From: Gemmatimonadota bacterium
GTDB taxonomy: Bacteria > Latescibacterota > UBA2968 > UBA8231
Direction of reading: 5' to 3'
DNA length: 32,950 nucleotides
Assembly: GCA_038153405.1 (NCBI GenBank)
Contig: JAYOYH010000048.1
Coordinates: 1 to 32,950, forward strand
Shown here: positions 24,860 through 32,950 of the stretch, piece by piece
Layout: the number at the start of each line of letters is the position of its first letter
Position numbering within the stretch: the stretch's first letter is position 1
Program-made: the position numbers and the translations under genes
The notes under the pieces: model-generated
Told to the model about the DNA's origin: nothing
Seen by the model: the letters and a program-made list of their open reading frames with translations, nothing else
Databases searched by the model: none

Positions 24860-27184
24860 GTGCAATTTCGCAGAAATGTAAAACAGCAATCCAGTTCGCG
24901 CTTCTACGAAGGCAACGCGAGCCCGTCGAACCCAAACACGGCCGGAGGCACGTCGGCACAAGCACACCAACAGATTCAGGCGCTGCGCAGCCGCGTCGCC
25001 GAGCTAGAGCTGTTGAGCGAGATAAGGCAGCATCAAAAATCGGCCTTTTTTGCGGTGTGTTCAGCCACTTCAAGCCTGAATTCCAGCAGAGACCTGCCCA
25101 GACTCCTCCGCGCCATATACGCTGCACTTTTATCTCTCGACTATAAATTCGACTCCTTCCATGTCAGCATAATAAATCCCGACGAGCAGCACCCTCTTAT
25201 CGTACACCACGCTAAGAGCGACGATGAAGTCGTCATAACAACAGAGCATTACGATGACTATATGCAAGCTCCTCAGCTTGCAACGTGGCGCAGTCAAGAA
25301 GCGAAGTATTTCCCCGATATGGGCAGCAACCATCCCTTTAGCCTCTTTGCTGCAAAAACAGTCCCAGGTATCCGCTGCGCCATTGATGTGCCTTTTGATC
25401 AAGGCACGCTCACCATATGCAGTAAACAAATTGATACGTTCGCTTTTCCCAGTGTAGAAAGAGCGCTAGAAACGCTACAGATCCTGACGTATGGACTGTC
25501 TGTCGGACTGCACCGCCTAACTGATTTTCTCCAGATCGAGAGTGGCCAAGGAGTAGCTCAAGTCTCATTGGCTAGAGTGAGCGAAGAAACCATTCTCCAG
25601 TTGGCCGTGCAGCACGTGCGCAATATGGCCATGCGCATGGAGCACGAGGAAGATTGGCTAGGCGTAGTGAAAAAATGCCATGACGAATTGCTCAAGCTCG
25701 CTTACTTTGATCGCTTTTCAGTGTACTTCTTCGATGAGAAAGACTGCTCATTATTTGCATTCACCGTGAATAGAAGAGGTCAGGTAGACAAGGGCGATCC
25801 TTTCACCGTCACGCCCTCTGTGCAAGAGCTACTGCAGGGAAGACAGCCCTTGCACTATAGCAAGCGCGAGGAATTGGTTAAAAGCGGACTCGACGCACTA
25901 CACAATGTGTCAGCTGAGTCATCTGTTGATGCGCCGTTTGAAAGCGGTGTGCTGTCGATCAGCTGCAGCAAACCATATGCGTTCACTGAACGCGATGTCA
26001 CCATAGCCACACACTTCGCTTCCGTGATCACCGAAGCCTACCGTCGTCTACAAGATATCGTCCTGCTCCATCAGCGCCAGCAGATGTTGCTCCAAGCACA
26101 GAAAATGGAATCTGTCGGCCAGCTAGCGACCGGAATTGCCCATAACTTCAACAACATGCTGCAGGTTATCTTGGGCAATATCCATATGTCCAAAACAGAG
26201 ACGAATTTTACCAACCGACGTACAATGCTAGACAACGCCTATAGTGCTGCGCTGCGATCGGCCGATATCGTGCGCCAACTATTAGTCACCGTCCGCCCAC
26301 AGACAAACCCAATTACGCAATCTCTCAACCTAGTAAGCTACGTTGAGGGAATCGTCGATTTAGCACGGCAAACCTTTGACCAAAGAATTGACATAACATT
26401 GAGTATCGCCGACGATCTACCGCCGATAGAGTCCGACGGTGACCAATTGGAGCAAGCGATACTCAATATCCTTATCAATGCACGCGATGCCGTTGAAAAC
26501 CTCGAAGACCGCTTCCCGCAAATTAGCATCGATGTGAGCGAAAGTCCTCAACGCAATCCTGAAAACCCGACCCCGTTAGTTTGCATTCGGGTGACGGACA
26601 ACGGAGTTGGCATGGATCCCGCCACGCGCGAACGCGCATTCGAACCCTTTTTCACGACTAAGTCCATTGATAAAGCCACAGGCTTAGGCCTTCCTATGAC
26701 CAACAGTATCGTACGACAGCAAGGCGGCACCGTTACATTACAGAGTACCATTGGGCAGGGATCTACCGTTTCGATTTTCCTACCTACGACGTCTCTACAC
26801 GTGCCAATACCCATGAGAAAGACCATCCTCGTCGTCGAGGACGATGAACCAGTACGCATTTCGCTGGTAGACATTATGCAGCACGTTGGCTACCACGTGG
26901 TGTCAGCCAACAACGGGCGAGAAGGACTAGAGGCTTTTCACCGCGTAGTCCCCGACTTAGTGATGCTCGATTTATCCATGCCTGAAATGTCCGGGCACGA
27001 GTTGCTTAAAGAAATACGCAAAGTCAATACCGAGATCAAAATATTAGTCTGCACGGGGTATGCCATGGATGGCGAAGACTTTGGACAGGGAACTATGATA
27101 CTGAACAAACCCTTTATCGTAGCCGACTTAGTCAAAGCCATTGAACAATTGTTACAATCAACCAACAATAACACGAAAGAATGA
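24860..27184 (+). CDS. Cytoplasmic hybrid histidine kinase (GAF-GAF-HisKA-HATPase-REC)
   Basis: GTG 24860 follows AGGAGG (24848-24853). ESVGQLATGIAHNFNNML, NILINARDA, DNGVGM, EPFFTTK and MLDLSMP motifs. Confidence 0.92.
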   Translation: MQFRRNVKQQSSSRFYEGNASPSNPNTAGGTSAQAHQQIQALRSRVAELELLSEIRQHQKSAFFAVCSATSSLNSSRDLPRLLRAIYAALLSLDYKFDSFHVSIINPDEQHPLIVHHAKSDDEVVITTEHYDDYMQAPQLATWRSQEAKYFPDMGSNHPFSLFAAKTVPGIRCAIDVPFDQGTLTICSKQIDTFAFPSVERALETLQILTYGLSVGLHRLTDFLQIESGQGVAQVSLARVSEETILQLAVQHVRNMAMRMEHEEDWLGVVKKCHDELLKLAYFDRFSVYFFDEKDCSLFAFTVNRRGQVDKGDPFTVTPSVQELLQGRQPLHYSKREELVKSGLDALHNVSAESSVDAPFESGVLSISCSKPYAFTERDVTIATHFASVITEAYRRLQDIVLLHQRQQMLLQAQKMESVGQLATGIAHNFNNMLQVILGNIHMSKTETNFTNRRTMLDNAYSAALRSADIVRQLLVTVRPQTNPITQSLNLVSYVEGIVDLARQTFDQRIDITLSIADDLPPIESDGDQLEQAILNILINARDAVENLEDRFPQISIDVSESPQRNPENPTPLVCIRVTDNGVGMDPATRERAFEPFFTTKSIDKATGLGLPMTNSIVRQQGGTVTLQSTIGQGSTVSIFLPTTSLHVPIPMRKTILVVEDDEPVRISLVDIMQHVGYHVVSANNGREGLEAFHRVVPDLVMLDLSMPEMSGHELLKEIRKVNTEIKILVCTGYAMDGEDFGQGTMILNKPFIVADLVKAIEQLLQSTNNNTKE

Positions 27185-27185
27185 T

Positions 27186-27854
27186 ATGAAGATCCTCATG
27201 CTGCGCCATTCGGCCGGTTTTGAACACAGCTATCTGCCCCACGCCGAAGTGGCATTTAAACATATAGGCACCGAGCAAGGCTGGAACGTGCAGACGACCC
27301 ATCACCTCCAGCGCATCAGTCGCGACAGCCTCGCCCAACTCGACTTACTCGTTTTTGCCACGACGGGCAATCTCGACTTTGACAGTGAGCAAAAAGCGGC
27401 TATCTTGGATTTCGTGCGCAACGGTAAGAGCTTTCTCGGCGTGCACAACGCCACCGATACCGGCTACGATTGGCCCGAGTACGGACAGATGCTAGGCGGG
27501 TATTTCGCCGGCCATCCTTGGCACCAGGAAGTCGGCGTCATTGTAGAAGATCAAGCGCACCCGGCCACGCGCATGCTCGGTGCGCGCTTCCAGGTAACCG
27601 ATGAAATCTATACCTTCAAAGCGTGGGATCGCAACAAGACGCGCGTTCTCATGCGCATCGACAACGACAGTGTCGACCTGGCAAAGGGCAACCGCGATGA
27701 TCACGACTACGCACTCGGCTGGTGCCACGAGTACGGCAGTGGTCGCGTCATGTACACCGCGCTAGGACACCCGGACGCGCTGTGGCACGAAGATTGGTTT
27801 CGCCAGCACATTCTCGGCTGCATGCGCTGGGCACTGCGCTTAGAAGACCAGTGA
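27186..27854 (+). CDS. ThuA-like (trehalose utilisation / class I glutamine amidotransferase-like) domain protein
   Basis: HSAGFEH, FLGVHNATDT, GGYFAGHPW, TDEIY and GRVMYTALGH motifs. Confidence 0.88.
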   Translation: MKILMLRHSAGFEHSYLPHAEVAFKHIGTEQGWNVQTTHHLQRISRDSLAQLDLLVFATTGNLDFDSEQKAAILDFVRNGKSFLGVHNATDTGYDWPEYGQMLGGYFAGHPWHQEVGVIVEDQAHPATRMLGARFQVTDEIYTFKAWDRNKTRVLMRIDNDSVDLAKGNRDDHDYALGWCHEYGSGRVMYTALGHPDALWHEDWFRQHILGCMRWALRLEDQ

Positions 27855-27933
27855 CACGCGCAACAGAGCGATCCGGCACCCACGCGTTTGAACGCAGCCC
27901 CCCCCACCCGGTATATGCAGGCGTTTCTACACC

Positions 27934-30015
27934 ATGTCGTTTTCTTTAGTCAGTGCACTTGCTGTAGGCACTGCGTTCGCAGCGGTTTCGGCATGGCTGT
28001 ATCAAAAACAGAAGCGCGCGGCGCGCGGACCCAGTGAAAACGACCTCGAGCATCTGGCCCTCCAAGTCGAGGTCATCGAATACTTTTCTCGCAGTTCCTA
28101 CCAAGATTACACCCAAGAAGACATTCTGTGGGACATTGCCGAACACTGCATTGCGCAACTGGGTTTCGAGGACTGCGTCATCTACCTGCTCAACGAAGAA
28201 CGCCAGGTGTGGGAGCAAAAGGCGGCCTACGGTCCCAAAAAGCTCAACTATCGCGAAATTCACCAGCCTATTGTCATTCCTCTAAACCAAGGCATTGTCG
28301 GTTCAGTCGGCGCCAGCGGACAGAGCGAGATTGTCGACGATACCCGTCTGGACGGCAGATATATACTGGACGATGATATGCGGCTTTCGGAAATGGCCGT
28401 GCCGATCATTGCCGACGGCCGGGTCATTGGCGTCATCGACAGCGAACACCCCAACATGGGCTTCTACCAGCCGCACCATCTGCGCATCGTAGAACATATT
28501 GCCGCCGTCTGCGCCCACAAAATCGCGCGCACACTCAGCGAGCGCGAAGTGGCCAACTACGCCAGCTTTTTTCAGCGCAACCCCAACCCGGTCTTCCGCG
28601 TCAACCGCCAGCACGTCGTCATTCTAGCCAACAGTGGGTGCGCGGCACAGCTGCCCGAATTGGTAGTGCTGGAGCAGCCCCTTGAGCAACCTGAGCTCAA
28701 AGCGGCCATCGACCGCGTATTTGCCGATCAGCAACCTACCATTATACGCATTGCCAGCGGCGAGCAGATATTTCAGTTCAGCATCGTCATGTCGATCAGC
28801 GGCGAAAGTGTAAATGCCTACGCGACCGATGTTACGGATCTGGAAAAGGCGCGCAGTCTTGCCCAACAGGCCGAGCGCGCCAAGGCGGACTTCCTATCCG
28901 TCATGAGCCATGAAATTCGCACTCCGCTCAACGCCATATTGGGCCTCAATTCCCTGCTGCTCAACTCCGCCGCCCGCAGCGAGAGCGAGCGCACGCAGTA
29001 CTTGGTAGAAATGGGCTCGGCCGGGCGCCACCTGCTCGCTTTGATCAATAACATCCTCGACTTAGAGCAGATCAACGCCGGCAAAATGGAGTTTCACCAA
29101 GCCCCCTTCGATGCCCCAGCCGCTTTTCGCGAGCTCATCAGCATCTTTAACCAGCAGGCCCACGCATCCGAATGCGCGCTGTCCCTTTCCCTGCCCGACG
29201 ATATGCCGCAGTGGCTGTGCGGCGAGCGCAACTGGCTCATGCAGATGATGACCAATTTGGTCGGCAATGCCCTTAAGTTCGCGCGCGGCGGTCTCGTAGC
29301 AGTTAGCGCACGCCCAGACGAGCAACCCGATTTCTGGCGCATTGACGTGCGCGACAGCGGTCCCGGAATCAGCCCCGCTGACCTAGAGCGGATTTTCGTA
29401 CCGTTTGAACAGCTTCAGCGCGGTGAGAAAAACGTCGGGCGGCGCGGATCCGGTCTGGGCCTCGCCATTACGAGGCGGCTGGCTCAACTGCACGGCGGCT
29501 CCCTGCAGGCAGAGAGCACGCTGGGTGAGGGATCGTGCTTCACGCTGCGCCTCCCGCTGCACGCAGGTACGGCGCCCGTTACAGAGCAATCGCCGGCATC
29601 AACACCGGTGCATGTAAACGCCGCACACCAGTGCGTGCTCGTAGTCGACGATAACGCCGTCAATGTGCTGGTGGTCCAGCGCATGCTCGAACAGTGGGGC
29701 TACGAGACCGTAACGGCCAGCGATGGCATGCAGGCGATCGAAGCATGGCAGAAGCACCGGCCCATACTCATTTTAATGGACCTACAAATGCCCACGATGG
29801 ACGGCGTGGAAGCGGCGCAGCACATACGGCGCATAGAAGCTGAACAACATTGCGAACACGTGCCCATACTCGCACTAACGGCCGATGCTCAACCTGAGGC
29901 CAGAGAAAGCGCACTACAGGCCGGCATGGTCGACGTGATCATAAAACCCGTTGATCCAGACCTATTGAGGCAGCGCATCGCACAGCAGTGCGCTCGGAGA
30001 CCTCACACCCTTTGA
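27934..30015 (+). CDS. Hybrid histidine kinase (TM-GAF-PAS-like-HisKA-HATPase-REC)
   Basis: N-terminal TM; GAF (EDCVIYL..GIVGSV..SEMAVPI..GVIDSE); NPNPVFR (PAS-like); FLSVMSHEIRTPLN, NALKF, DSGPGI, GSGLGL and LMDLQMP motifs. Confidence 0.92.
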   Translation: MSFSLVSALAVGTAFAAVSAWLYQKQKRAARGPSENDLEHLALQVEVIEYFSRSSYQDYTQEDILWDIAEHCIAQLGFEDCVIYLLNEERQVWEQKAAYGPKKLNYREIHQPIVIPLNQGIVGSVGASGQSEIVDDTRLDGRYILDDDMRLSEMAVPIIADGRVIGVIDSEHPNMGFYQPHHLRIVEHIAAVCAHKIARTLSEREVANYASFFQRNPNPVFRVNRQHVVILANSGCAAQLPELVVLEQPLEQPELKAAIDRVFADQQPTIIRIASGEQIFQFSIVMSISGESVNAYATDVTDLEKARSLAQQAERAKADFLSVMSHEIRTPLNAILGLNSLLLNSAARSESERTQYLVEMGSAGRHLLALINNILDLEQINAGKMEFHQAPFDAPAAFRELISIFNQQAHASECALSLSLPDDMPQWLCGERNWLMQMMTNLVGNALKFARGGLVAVSARPDEQPDFWRIDVRDSGPGISPADLERIFVPFEQLQRGEKNVGRRGSGLGLAITRRLAQLHGGSLQAESTLGEGSCFTLRLPLHAGTAPVTEQSPASTPVHVNAAHQCVLVVDDNAVNVLVVQRMLEQWGYETVTASDGMQAIEAWQKHRPILILMDLQMPTMDGVEAAQHIRRIEAEQHCEHVPILALTADAQPEARESALQAGMVDVIIKPVDPDLLRQRIAQQCARRPHTL

Positions 30016-30338
30016 ATACGGGGATGGTTACAGTTCGACAAGGCGAAGTCTTCCGTCATCGCTGAACCAATGAAACTACTGGTCTACCAGTGGTTTGTAC
30101 ACCTCGTGGAAAAACGTTAGACCTCTATGTGTACAGTTAAGCTTGCTTCCGAACAGGTTTTATGAATTGGACGACGGTGTCAAAAGGGCGTGGCGTTCCC
30201 CTGTGTTCCGATACCCCTCTGATGGAGGCGTTCAACAATATAGCGTTGGAAATTGGCGATAACACCTTGAGTGCTGTCGCCTAAGGAGGAGGGCACACGC
30301 CAACATTTTTTTTGCGGGAAACTCAGGATTCGGACGGT

Positions 30339-32408
30339 CTACAGGCTATCCGGAGTCCAGCGAACGGAAAAACTGAAACTGCGTTGCACATCGGATTCTA
30401 CGATCGGCGTGATGGGGACGCGAAACTCGGTGTGGCTATCGTAGAGTAGATTGCGACCAACCAAGGCGATTTCCAAACGTTCCGAAAGCGATTTCGAAAA
30501 GCGCAGGTCGAGGCCCCAATAGGCATCGGCCTGCCGCACGTATTCACCCGCTCTATAATCGCCCACCTCGCCGACGTAGCGCAGCTGTAGATCGCACAAC
30601 ACATCCCACAGAAACTTATTTGATGAACGCAGAGCAAATTGATGTGCGGGAGAAATGTATTCCCACGATTTGCCTTCGTCGTAGTTGCCTCGAACGCGCA
30701 CGTCGACTTCTGTATGAGTGTACGAACCTCTCACTTGCCAATCTTCCGCTAGTTCGGCACCCACGGCTACCTCAACACCCTGCGATGTAGCGTCCATATT
30801 GTTGGCGAACGAAACGGGAAATACAACTCGACCCAAATCTTCGTCAAACTCCGGGGTTACCAACTCGTTCGTGTGCAGATCATCATACTCGGTCCTATAC
30901 GCCGCCACATCGACCTGTACGTGCGAACCCAACTTTGCGCGATAGCCAAACTCAAGGGATTGCGCCTCTTCTTCTTTAAACCGCGTGCTTCCGCGCAGCA
31001 CAGACACTACGGTATCTCGGCGCGTAGGCGAAGTGATTTCCGATACTGAACCCAGCGCGCGCAGATCTTGATCGCCGCGTGCCGGCGCGCGGTTAGCCCG
31101 AGAGAAAGCGGCCCAAGCTGTATTCGACACATTCGGCGTCCACGCCAACCTCATGCTCGGAGCAAATGAAATGCCGGAGAACCAGTTGTGCTCAATCTTG
31201 GCGCCCACTGTAAGCTTTAGGCGGTTCGGTACTACGGTGAATTCATCCTGAGCAAAAACGTTGTGTACACTGTAGAAGCGCGAGGGGGGATCAAAGGATA
31301 CATATTCCCCCTTCTCAAAGGAATCCCAGTGCTGCCGGAAGCCAGCACCCCACACGAGCAAATGCCGAGCGCCGAACGCCCGATAATGGAGTAGATCGAT
31401 ATCCCACGTGTGCAGTTGACCCTCTGTTAGCTCGCCCGTATCTCGGTGCGAACCATCGTAGTAGGCCTTGATGCGCCACGAAGAGTGCTCCGATACCGTG
31501 CGCGACCAACCGATAACCGCGTACGCACCTGACGTGCGCGAATTGGCGTTTCGCGTCTCGATGAAAGGCGATTCAAACACCGGTATGCGGTAGTTTTCTC
31601 TCGACTCGTTGCTGTACGCACTCAGGTCTACCAATAACTCGTCCCCATTGCCCAATGTGCGATCGGCACGCAGGCCTATGCGGCCGGTAGACCACTCGTC
31701 ATTGACCGTTTTTCCATTGAGCATCGAAGAACCATTAGCCGCATAGTTCAACCGCAGCGCACCCTTCCACGATCCCATTATCAGGCCGTACGACGTACCC
31801 AAGCGCGCGCGTGTCTCGCTGCCCAACGACTGCGTTACGACAATGCCCTCCGTATTGGTGGCGCTGCGCGTAATAATGTTGATAACGCCGTTGACCGCAT
31901 TGGCGCCCCATAGTGCACCGCCCGGCCCACGCACCACCTCAATGCGCTCGACGTCCTGCAGAGCAACCTCGTGCTCCGACCATATAACGCCGTTAAAGAG
32001 CGGCGAATAGATCGTCCGGCCATCGATCATGACCAACAGCTTGTCGGCAAATACATCGTTGAATCCGCGCACGGAGACCGCCCATTTGCTGGCGTCGATG
32101 CGTCCCACTTCTATGCCCGGCACGCCGCGCAGTGCCTCTGGTATAGAAGTCGCTCCGCTGCGGTAGATATCCTCGGCCGTAAGGACATAGACCGCTGCTG
32201 GCGAAACAAAGAGGGGTTCCTCCCTTTTGGAAGCGGAAAACACCTCCACCTCCATGAGATCTTCCAGCGACATCTCGTCCCAGTCGAATTCCTGCGCCCA
32301 ACCGGCACTCACCCCGATACACGCACAGAGGAGCAATGCCAACAAGACGCTTTTATTACAGCGTTTCCTCAATGGGTGCTTTATGGCATATGTGGTGTAG
32401 TGTAGCAT
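30339..32408 (-). CDS. TonB-dependent receptor
   Basis: Signal peptide; plug motifs SLEDLMEVEVFSASK, SIPEALRGVPG, VRGF, LVMIDGR and RIEVVRGPGGALWGANAVNGVINIIT; barrel ending GRNLL..FSFSVRW. Confidence 0.93.
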   Translation of the reverse strand: MLHYTTYAIKHPLRKRCNKSVLLALLLCACIGVSAGWAQEFDWDEMSLEDLMEVEVFSASKREEPLFVSPAAVYVLTAEDIYRSGATSIPEALRGVPGIEVGRIDASKWAVSVRGFNDVFADKLLVMIDGRTIYSPLFNGVIWSEHEVALQDVERIEVVRGPGGALWGANAVNGVINIITRSATNTEGIVVTQSLGSETRARLGTSYGLIMGSWKGALRLNYAANGSSMLNGKTVNDEWSTGRIGLRADRTLGNGDELLVDLSAYSNESRENYRIPVFESPFIETRNANSRTSGAYAVIGWSRTVSEHSSWRIKAYYDGSHRDTGELTEGQLHTWDIDLLHYRAFGARHLLVWGAGFRQHWDSFEKGEYVSFDPPSRFYSVHNVFAQDEFTVVPNRLKLTVGAKIEHNWFSGISFAPSMRLAWTPNVSNTAWAAFSRANRAPARGDQDLRALGSVSEITSPTRRDTVVSVLRGSTRFKEEEAQSLEFGYRAKLGSHVQVDVAAYRTEYDDLHTNELVTPEFDEDLGRVVFPVSFANNMDATSQGVEVAVGAELAEDWQVRGSYTHTEVDVRVRGNYDEGKSWEYISPAHQFALRSSNKFLWDVLCDLQLRYVGEVGDYRAGEYVRQADAYWGLDLRFSKSLSERLEIALVGRNLLYDSHTEFRVPITPIVESDVQRSFSFSVRWTPDSL

Positions 32409-32410
32409 AT

Positions 32411-32950
32411 TTACAAGTATGTTGAACGCAGGTGCTGAACGCGCAGCGCAGACGCTAAATGCTGCGCTGAGATGGCCGATTCTTTGCAGTTAAAAGATAC
32501 GAAGCGTTCTTCATCAGGCAACAGGGTAAACCCATTGTCGTCAAACGATCCGCGCACGCCCTGCGCGTCTAACGCTAGGTAAAATACGGGCGCATCGGTG
32601 CGGACGCCGACGGCCAACTGCCCATCGGCCCGTTCGACCACGCGGCACTTTACGTCGGCAACAGGTAAGGGGCACGATTTCCACGGGGCAAAGGCGTGCT
32701 CGTTGCGAAATACTGTCGAGCCGACGACCATATCGAGCACAGCGAAAACACCGGTGCGCTCGGGTGCGAGTTCGTCGACGGACAATCGGCGCAATAGGAG
32801 GGCACTACCCGCTTTGACTCGTGCCGATAAATCCATTTCGCCCAGTACTGCACCACTGAAGGAGAGCAGGCGCAAACGCACCTCGGCATCAACGGCCTCT
32901 GTCTGATCATTAGTCGCCCAAATTTCCACTTCGTTCTGCTCCGTCTGGAA
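32411..32950 (-). CDS. C-terminal Ig-like domains of a glycoside hydrolase family 2 (beta-mannosidase-like) protein; partial
   Basis: Frame open to the window edge. EIWATND, DAPVFYLAL, GSFDDNGFTLLP and LRSTY are typical of beta-mannosidase C-termini. The catalytic domain is outside the window. Confidence 0.7.
   Translation of the reverse strand, partial: FQTEQNEVEIWATNDQTEAVDAEVRLRLLSFSGAVLGEMDLSARVKAGSALLLRRLSVDELAPERTGVFAVLDMVVGSTVFRNEHAFAPWKSCPLPVADVKCRVVERADGQLAVGVRTDAPVFYLALDAQGVRGSFDDNGFTLLPDEERFVSFNCKESAISAQHLASALRVQHLRSTYL

Noticed and set aside
22963..27184. Mobile element or prophage call for the AT-richer block
   Set aside because: No integrase, transposase, tRNA target or terminal repeats are visible.
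30020..30345. tmRNA (5' GGGGATG...TTCGAC start, TTCGGAC near 30329, and a GDNTLSAVA* tag-like frame)
   Set aside because: There is no 3' T-arm (GGTTCRA) or acceptor strand/CCA, and the tag-like frame lies too far downstream. Kept only as an unexplained structured region.

Overview
A dense, GC-rich bacterial chromosomal segment with about 25 CDS. I found no rRNA, tRNA, CRISPR array or mobile element. In order, it holds: a partial HPF/RaiA gene, a C-N hydrolase, a large hybrid histidine kinase with Hpt, gltA, a ~1800-aa C25 (gingipain/PorU-like) protease with a T9SS/FlgD-like C-terminal domain, a PhyH dioxygenase with a small membrane protein, a CIA30-domain protein, an amidase, phnX, a diadenylate cyclase with a YbbR-like tail, uxuA plus a degenerate uxuA paralogue, a second PhyH, an ankyrin-cyclophilin lipoprotein, an orphan RpoZ-like gene, a PilZ protein, an aldo/keto reductase, two AT-richer paralogous GAF hybrid kinases, a ThuA protein, a fourth hybrid kinase, a TonB-dependent receptor and the end of a GH2 beta-mannosidase-like gene. 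The gene content suggests an uncultured diderm FCB-related lineage such as Ca. Latescibacterota (inference only). The best leads are (1) an active UxuA paired with a catalytically stripped UxuA copy, (2) phnX coupled through a CTGA overlap to a Tat-signal amidase whose real N-terminus begins at a CTG codon, with no adjacent phnW, (3) a stand-alone omega-subunit-like gene, and (4) a PorU-like protease carrying an inserted beta-propeller. All assignments come from motif recognition by eye; no searches were run.
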